Shown here piece by piece: positions 58,207 to 64,000 of a DNA stretch of 64,000 nt. The stretch lies in NCBI GenBank assembly GCA_050115495.1, contig JASFQK010000032.1:17769-81768 (forward strand). Direction: 5' to 3'. The first letter of the stretch is position 1. Each line of letters begins with the position of its first letter. The DNA is from Phycisphaerae bacterium (GTDB taxonomy: Bacteria > Planctomycetota > Phycisphaerae > UBA1845 > Fen-1342). The position numbers and the translations under genes were made by a program. A model generated the notes under the pieces. It had not been told where the DNA came from and did not search any database. It saw nothing but the letters and a program-made list of their open reading frames with translations.

Positions 58207-58434
58207 CGAACGCACTCCTGTCCAACCCCATCGCGTGGCGCTGCACCGGCGGCGACAGGACCGTACCGCCGCCCCCGCAGTGCAGGGCCACTCCGGGTTG
58301 ATCGGCGCGATGTCCGCCGGGGAGTGGTTAGGGTCGGACAAAATTTCCGCGACCCGAAGCACGCCGGCGCCGATGGTTCGTAGTTGAGCTAGAATGCCGC
58401 CCGCTGAACTCCGTTGCGTGCCAGGAGGCGCCCC

Positions 58435-60264
58435 GTGTGCGGAATCGTTGCCTATATCGGACACCGGAATGCCAGCCCTATCCTTATCGAGGGCCTGAAA
58501 AGACTTGAATATCGCGGTTATGACTCCGCGGGGCTCGCGGTCATCCGGGACGACCGCCTGGTCATCCGGCGGGCTGTTGGCCGCATTTCCGCCCTCGAAT
58601 CGAAGGTGGATCCCGAGACCGACGGCGCCACGCTGGGTATGGCCCATACGCGCTGGGCGACGCACGGTGCCCCCAGCGAGATCAACGCCCACCCGCAATG
58701 TGACGGCTCGGGGCGGCTGGCGCTGGTGCACAACGGCATCATCGAGAACTACGCCGCCCTGTCGGCCTACCTCAAGGGCGAGGGCGTCGAGTTCGAGTCG
58801 GAGACCGACACCGAGGTCCTGGCCAAGCTGGTCGGCCACCTGTACGAGGGCAACCTGGCCGACGCCGTCCGCCGGGCCCTGAACGAGGTCCGCGGCACCT
58901 TCGGCATCGCCGTCATCCACGCCGATGAGCCCGACGTCGTGGTCGGCGCCCGGCGGGGCAGCCCGCTCATCGTGGGCATCGGCAAGGACGAGTACGTCCT
59001 CGCCTCCGACGCCTCGGCCATCGTGCAGCACACACCGCAGGTGATCTACCTCGAAGACAACGAGATCGCCGTCATCCGCCGCGACACCGGCCTGCGCACC
59101 ATGACCCTCGACGCCGCCCCCGTGCGCAAGGAGGTGAGCGAGCTCGAAATGACCATCGAGCAGCTCGAACTCGGCGGGCACAAGCACTTCATGGCCAAGG
59201 AGATTTTCGAACAGCCGGAGGCCATGCGCAACTGCCTGCGCGGTCGCATCGATCTCACCGACGGCCGGGTCATCCTCGGCGGCCTGACCTCCGTCGCGCG
59301 CGAGCTGGCGCGCTGCAAGCGCATCATCCTCACCGCCTGCGGCACGGCCTGGCACGCCGGCCTGGTCGGCGAATTCCTCTTCGAGGATATGGCCCGCATC
59401 CCCTGCGAGGTCGAATACGGCAGCGAGTTCCGCTACCGCAACCCGATCATCGACGACCGCACCGTCGTGCTGGCCATCTCGCAGTCGGGTGAAACGGCTG
59501 ACACGCTGGCGGCCCTGCGCGAGGCCCGCGAACGCGGTGCCCTGGCCCTCGGCATCGTCAACGCCGTCGGCTCCACCATCGCCCGCGAGACCGACGCCGG
59601 CGTCTACCTCCACGTGGGCCCCGAGATCGGCGTCGCCTCGACCAAGGCCTTCCTCGGACAGCTCATGGTCCTCTCGCTCATGGCGGCGAACCTCGGCCGC
59701 CGGCGGCACATGAGCCAGTCCGACTGCCAGGAGTACCTCGAAGCACTGGACCAGATTCCCGAGGCCATCGACCAGGCCCTGAAGCTCTCCGATCGCACGT
59801 ACGACATCGCCAGCCGCTTCATCGACGCCAACAACTGGCTGTATCTCGGCCGCGGCCTGCAATACCCGATCGCCCTCGAAGGCGCCCTGAAGCTCAAGGA
59901 AATCAGCTACATCCACGCCGAGGGGCTGCCCGCCGCCGAGATGAAGCACGGGCCCATCGCCCTCATCAGCCAGGACATGCCCGTCGTCATCATCGCCCAG
60001 CGCGACCACCTCTACGAAAAGGTGGTCAGCAACATCGAGCAGGTGCGCAGCCGCGGCGGGCACGTGATCGCCATCGCCACCGACGGCGACCGCGACATCC
60101 AGCGCCTCGCCGAAGACGTGCTCTACGTCCCGGACGTTCCCGAGCCGCTGCAACCGTTCGTCACGGTGATCCCCCTGCAACTGCTGGCCTATCACGCCGC
60201 CGTGCTGCGCGGTTGTGACGTGGACAAGCCGCGGAACCTGGCTAAATCGGTGACGGTGGAATAG
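58435..60264 (+). CDS. glmS: Glutamine-fructose-6-phosphate aminotransferase
   Basis: N-terminal CGIV, LEYRGYDSAG, HTRWATHG, SQSGETADT, PRNLAKSVTVE; AGGAGG SD. Confidence 0.98.
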   Translation: MCGIVAYIGHRNASPILIEGLKRLEYRGYDSAGLAVIRDDRLVIRRAVGRISALESKVDPETDGATLGMAHTRWATHGAPSEINAHPQCDGSGRLALVHNGIIENYAALSAYLKGEGVEFESETDTEVLAKLVGHLYEGNLADAVRRALNEVRGTFGIAVIHADEPDVVVGARRGSPLIVGIGKDEYVLASDASAIVQHTPQVIYLEDNEIAVIRRDTGLRTMTLDAAPVRKEVSELEMTIEQLELGGHKHFMAKEIFEQPEAMRNCLRGRIDLTDGRVILGGLTSVARELARCKRIILTACGTAWHAGLVGEFLFEDMARIPCEVEYGSEFRYRNPIIDDRTVVLAISQSGETADTLAALREARERGALALGIVNAVGSTIARETDAGVYLHVGPEIGVASTKAFLGQLMVLSLMAANLGRRRHMSQSDCQEYLEALDQIPEAIDQALKLSDRTYDIASRFIDANNWLYLGRGLQYPIALEGALKLKEISYIHAEGLPAAEMKHGPIALISQDMPVVIIAQRDHLYEKVVSNIEQVRSRGGHVIAIATDGDRDIQRLAEDVLYVPDVPEPLQPFVTVIPLQLLAYHAAVLRGCDVDKPRNLAKSVTVE

Positions 60265-60274
60265 CCCCCGGCGC

Positions 60275-60562
60275 TCAGTCCCCGGCCTCGCAGGTGACCG
60301 TCAGCCCGCAAGAGGCGAACTGCTCGACGTACAGCTCCGCCCGCTCGCGGTGCGTCACCAGCAGCAGGCTCTGGCCATTCTCGTGCGCCTCGAGCGTCCG
60401 CTCGACCGCATCGCGCTCCCCCAGGTTGGTCAGCCGGAGAATCGTCAGGATCACGTGGTCGATCGAGTTGACGTCGTCGTTGTGCAGGATGACCCGGTAC
60501 GGCGGCAATTGCTGCACCGCTTGCTGCGCTTCCAGTTCCGGCTGTGCCGCTGATCCACCCAT
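60275..60562 (-). CDS. clpS: ATP-dependent Clp protease adaptor ClpS
   Basis: PPYRVILHNDDVN, EAHENG, ERAE. Confidence 0.9.
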   Translation of the reverse strand: MGGSAAQPELEAQQAVQQLPPYRVILHNDDVNSIDHVILTILRLTNLGERDAVERTLEAHENGQSLLLVTHRERAELYVEQFASCGLTVTCEAGD

Positions 60563-60868
60563 CCGTCCGTTCCCTTCACACCCATGGCCCGAATGATCGC
60601 ACTCCACTACTCCTATTATAACCCACCGGCCGGTGATCCGGGCGCCTGACAAAACCGCCGGCGGGCGGCGGAAAACGACGGACTGACTCCACTGCGGAAG
60701 GTCCGAAGAGCAACCGCAGCGGCTCGGCGCGCGGTACCGGCCCGCATTTTCGGCCGCCCCGTATGCGAAATGCCGGCGGCAACCGTGGCACGTCGCCCGG
60801 CAATCCGGCTAGAATGCCCTCCCGCGTCCGGTGGACGCGGTTGGCCTTGTAGATCGGGAGTACGACTG

Positions 60869-61960
60869 ATGACCAGCCCTCGTTGCGCCCTGCTTCTGGC
60901 GGCCCTGCTCGCCTTCGCCGGCACGCTCCGGGCCCAGGAGCCGGCGACCACGCTCGAAAACCTGCAGACCCGAAGCGCCCTGACCGACGAGGACCGCGCC
61001 GCCCTGCAACAGTGGCTCGGCCAGCGGATCGCCAACGTCGTCGGCGCCGACGCCCTGGTCGCCCAGGGTGCTAACACGCAGCTTCGCGAGGCGTACAAGG
61101 GCACCGACGCCTTCAAGGAAGGCTACGTCGCCGCCTGCCTCGAAGCGGTCAGCTCCGCCTACCAGAAAGCACCGCCCCTGTCGGCGGCTCGCCTGCTCAG
61201 TCTCGTCGCCCACTTTGACGACCTGCGCGGCCTCAATCTGTTCATCGAAGCCCTCGGCGACGACCGCGCCGCCGTCCGGGCCACCGCCGCCATCGCCCTG
61301 CGCCGCCTCCAGCCCAAGCTCGCCGGCGACGCCGCGGCTTGCGGAACCGTCCTGGCCGCCCTGAAGACAGCGGGTGGGAAGGAATCGTCCGGCGAGACGC
61401 TGCGTCTGATCTACGCCGCCATGAACTACAGCGGTGTCACGCCCGCCACGAACCTCCGGGCCAGTGCCCAGGCGATCCTGAACGTGCTCGAAGAGCGAGC
61501 CAAGCTGTACACGGGCTCGAGCGTCCGCGCTGAGGGAGCCGATCTGGCCGTTTTGTGCCATAACGAGACGCTGCGCGGCGCGTTCGATGAGGCCGAGCGC
61601 AAGCGTTACGCGATCGTCCTGGCCAAGCTGCTGCATCACGGCGTCGAGCGCTACGCCACCGGCGAGATGCCGCTCGGCAAGGTGCGTGACCGGTCCGCCG
61701 GCCCCGACGCCATCGCCCTGCGTAACGATACCGAACTGCTCATCCGCGAGACGGAGGAGCAACTGGTCAAGCTGCTGGCTCTGGAGCAGGCCCCGCAGGT
61801 CACCGAGAAGATGCTCCGCGCCGACCGCACCGAGATGGTCATCGAGCTCGGCAAGTGGCTGCCCATTTTCAAGGACAAGCTCGGCGTCGACCTCCCGCCG
61901 CTGAACGCCCCCCCGCCCGATGAGTCCGAGGAAGGCCCCGAAGAATCCCCCGAGCCGTAG
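60869..61960 (+). CDS. Secreted HEAT-repeat hypothetical protein
   Basis: Signal peptide (LRA-Q); ALGDDRAAVRATAAIAL repeat. Confidence 0.7.
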   Translation: MTSPRCALLLAALLAFAGTLRAQEPATTLENLQTRSALTDEDRAALQQWLGQRIANVVGADALVAQGANTQLREAYKGTDAFKEGYVAACLEAVSSAYQKAPPLSAARLLSLVAHFDDLRGLNLFIEALGDDRAAVRATAAIALRRLQPKLAGDAAACGTVLAALKTAGGKESSGETLRLIYAAMNYSGVTPATNLRASAQAILNVLEERAKLYTGSSVRAEGADLAVLCHNETLRGAFDEAERKRYAIVLAKLLHHGVERYATGEMPLGKVRDRSAGPDAIALRNDTELLIRETEEQLVKLLALEQAPQVTEKMLRADRTEMVIELGKWLPIFKDKLGVDLPPLNAPPPDESEEGPEESPEP

Positions 61961-62910
61961 CGCCGCCGGCCCCCGCCGATGTAGCGTTCGGGCTCCGCAC
62001 CGGACGTCGTTGGGGAGCCGTCAGCCGTCAGCCATCAGCCGTCAGCTACAAGCCGTGAGCCTTGAGCCCTGAGCCCTGAGCCGGAGGCAGCCCCTTCGGC
62101 TCCACTCAGAGTGCCGAGGCAGCGGAGCGGTCGGGGGCCGATCGCCCTCCCTCTGCTCCTTTGCTTCTCAGCCCCTTTGCCCCTGCATCGCAGCTTGCTC
62201 GTGGGCCGAGGACGCGTATTCGGTTGTCAAAGATCCGCTCCGGTGCTGCGCTGAGTGACCGCGAGGGTGCGGTTCCGTGCAGGCAGCCGTGTCCTGGCGT
62301 TCGCCGATGCGAGCGACGTCCTCTGAGCACCATCGCCGTGTTCACCGAGGTGAACGGTCGTCGCCGGTCGACGTCGGCCACGGGGGGCCGACGCTACGAG
62401 CCGACGATGATCGGCAAGGTGCTCCGCCGACGCACGGGTCACGAGACGATCGGTCTTCGGGGTTTGGTCGCCGACCACACGAGCCTCTCGGTTCGTGCTA
62501 CAACGTTTCGATCGACGTCCTGGCTCCGAAGACCGAGGGTCCGTCAAGGCGGGCCCGGGAACTGCGTGAGCACGTGAAAGATAGACGCGCTTCGGGAGAG
62601 AGGCAAAGGGGAATTCTAGGAATGCTAGGTTCTGGCGGATTCTGGCGGGTTCTGTCGCGTATTGGCGGGTTGGCGGGGCACGGGCAAGGCAACACGGCGT
62701 GGCGTAGCGGCCGGTCTCCGTGCTGGCCGTCTTTGGAGAGCCATCAGCCATCAGCCATCAGCCATCAGCCGTCAGCTATCGGCTATCAGCCTTGAGCCGG
62801 AGTGTGGCATGCTGAAGCCTTAGGCGCCGGCATGTCTTTCGTCGTTCCGTAGCAGCCGGCCTCGGTGCCGGCCGTCCCGTAGCGTCGGCCCCCGCAGCCG
62901 ACGTCGGACG
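61957..62910. repeat. Repeat-rich intergenic region: GTAG REP units, two heptamer tandem arrays, an octamer array
   Basis: (AGCCRTC)n-like arrays at 62016-62085 and 62739-62801; CYCCTYTG-like array ~62146-62187; REP copies at 62368-62397 (inverted) and 62879-62907; GTGTGGCATGCTGAAGCC at ~62802. Confidence 0.85.
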
Positions 62911-62938
62911 AATTCGCGATTGGCGGGCACGGGTCGTC

Positions 62939-63580
62939 CTATGTTTGTCGATTCGCACGTTTGCGGCGGGTTGATCTCCTGGTGGAGGTGGAGGGCGGTG
63001 GGGCAGGTTGTCGGCGGGGCAGGAGGGTGGCGAGGAGGCGGGGGAGCCAGGCGCGCGGCGGCGGCTGGGGGTGGTTGGTGGGAGGCGACGCCGGTTGGCG
63101 GCCGTTTTGCTTCCAGATGGCATAGCGCTGCGTGAAATACTGGCCGGCGGCGAAGACGATTCGCCGGGCGAGGCCGGTCCAGGCGTCGTCGGTTACGCCG
63201 TAATGGCTGCCTCGGGCGGTGGCGACGCTGTAGACGTATTGCAGAAGCTCGTTCTCGTCGGGATCGACGAAGCCGGCGTCCAGCAAGCAGCGGCGGTGCG
63301 TGCGGAACGCCGTTCCGGCCTGGACGCGTTCGCGGAGCGGGGGATCGGTGCAGCCGGGCAGGTCGCGGCGGATGGTGCAGGCGATGCTGACGATGAGGGC
63401 TTCGAGGGCGGCGCGGGCCTCGTTGATGGCGGCGTGGCTATGACCGTCGGCGGCGGTGGCGTCGGATTGGCGAAGATGGTAGGCCATCGTCGGCAGGTCG
63501 AGTTCGGGGTGTGGCTGGAGATCGGAGAGCAACGCCGTCAGAGCGAAGGCGTGCGGTTGGTGCGTGGTCGGTGTGGTCAT
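62939..63580 (-). CDS. Hypothetical protein, possible HEPN/Abi-C-like helical domain
   Basis: AGAGGA SD; AINEARAALEAL helix and later ARGSH motif. Confidence 0.5.
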   Translation of the reverse strand: MTTPTTHQPHAFALTALLSDLQPHPELDLPTMAYHLRQSDATAADGHSHAAINEARAALEALIVSIACTIRRDLPGCTDPPLRERVQAGTAFRTHRRCLLDAGFVDPDENELLQYVYSVATARGSHYGVTDDAWTGLARRIVFAAGQYFTQRYAIWKQNGRQPASPPTNHPQPPPRAWLPRLLATLLPRRQPAPPPSTSTRRSTRRKRANRQT

Positions 63581-63664
63581 GGTGTTCGTCCTCTGCTGCG
63601 ATGGACTTCTCCGGTTCGGCGAGGGATTGGGCGGACACGGCCCGCCCTGCACGGGCTTCGCTCA

Positions 63665-64000
63665 TCACTCATCTTCTCGGGTATCTTCGGGTTCCAGGGG
63701 GGTGCTGACGCCGCCCCCTTTCCGGATCTGTGCCCAGCGTTCCTGCCACCACGTCGGCAGCGGACCGCAGTCGATCTCCACGATCCCCGGCCGCACGATC
63801 AGTTCGTCCAGACACTCGGCGACGACGTTCAACAAGCCAGACTCGTACCTGGCCTCCCGGTTCAGGTACTCGTGCCACCAGGTCGACAGCTTCTTCGGTC
63901 GGATGCGTTTCACTTCGGGGATTTGCTGGAGGATGTCGGGGGCGTTGAGTCGGTGCAGGCACTCGGTCAACACGCTGACGACCGTTCCGCGCTCGACGCC
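63665..64000 (-). CDS. Hypothetical protein, 5' truncated by the window edge
   Basis: Reading frame is open to position 64000. Confidence 0.5.
   Translation of the reverse strand, partial: GVERGTVVSVLTECLHRLNAPDILQQIPEVKRIRPKKLSTWWHEYLNREARYESGLLNVVAECLDELIVRPGIVEIDCGPLPTWWQERWAQIRKGGGVSTPLEPEDTREDE

Noticed and set aside
58210..58434. glmS ribozyme
   Set aside because: Conserved AGCGC..GACGAGG core not found; the hairpins lie upstream of the apparent glmS -10 box
62106..62795. Short ORFs in the repeat-rich intergenic region
   Set aside because: Translations are built from REP and heptamer repeats (e.g. HQPSAIS) and lack coding-type bias

Overview
High-GC bacterial chromosome segment of about 52 genes. 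Gene content (Tat-exported Gfo/Idh/MocA enzymes, DUF1080, HEAT repeats, ECF sigma, Ser/Thr kinase, FG-GAP lipoprotein, FlgM) suggests Planctomycetota, possibly Phycisphaerae; this is inference, as there is no rRNA in the window. Housekeeping genes: metH, ftsK, mlaE/mlaF, flgM, queF, deoC, hutU, glmS, clpS. The main discovery candidate is a 12-gene co-directional cluster at 38375-47546 that looks like a bacterial ESCRT-III/Vps4-type membrane-remodelling system. It encodes three Snf7/CdvB-like helical proteins (one fused behind a winged-helix-like domain), a MIT-domain Vps4/CdvC-like AAA ATPase, a Ser/Thr kinase, several zinc-ribbon membrane proteins and an SPFH-like/beta-propeller protein. Other highlights: (1) an FG-GAP lipoprotein interrupted by an in-frame UGA in a U-x-x-C context followed by a SECIS-like hairpin (possible selenoprotein, or a nonsense lesion); (2) an 8-gene operon linking periplasmic glycoside oxidation to a 7-heme cytochrome c/cytochrome b fusion, ApbE and an Agl23-like glycosyltransferase; (3) two CsrA-type ANGGA hairpins in the flgM leader; (4) several mosaic REP-like repeat clusters. 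All family assignments are from motif recognition by eye; no searches were run.
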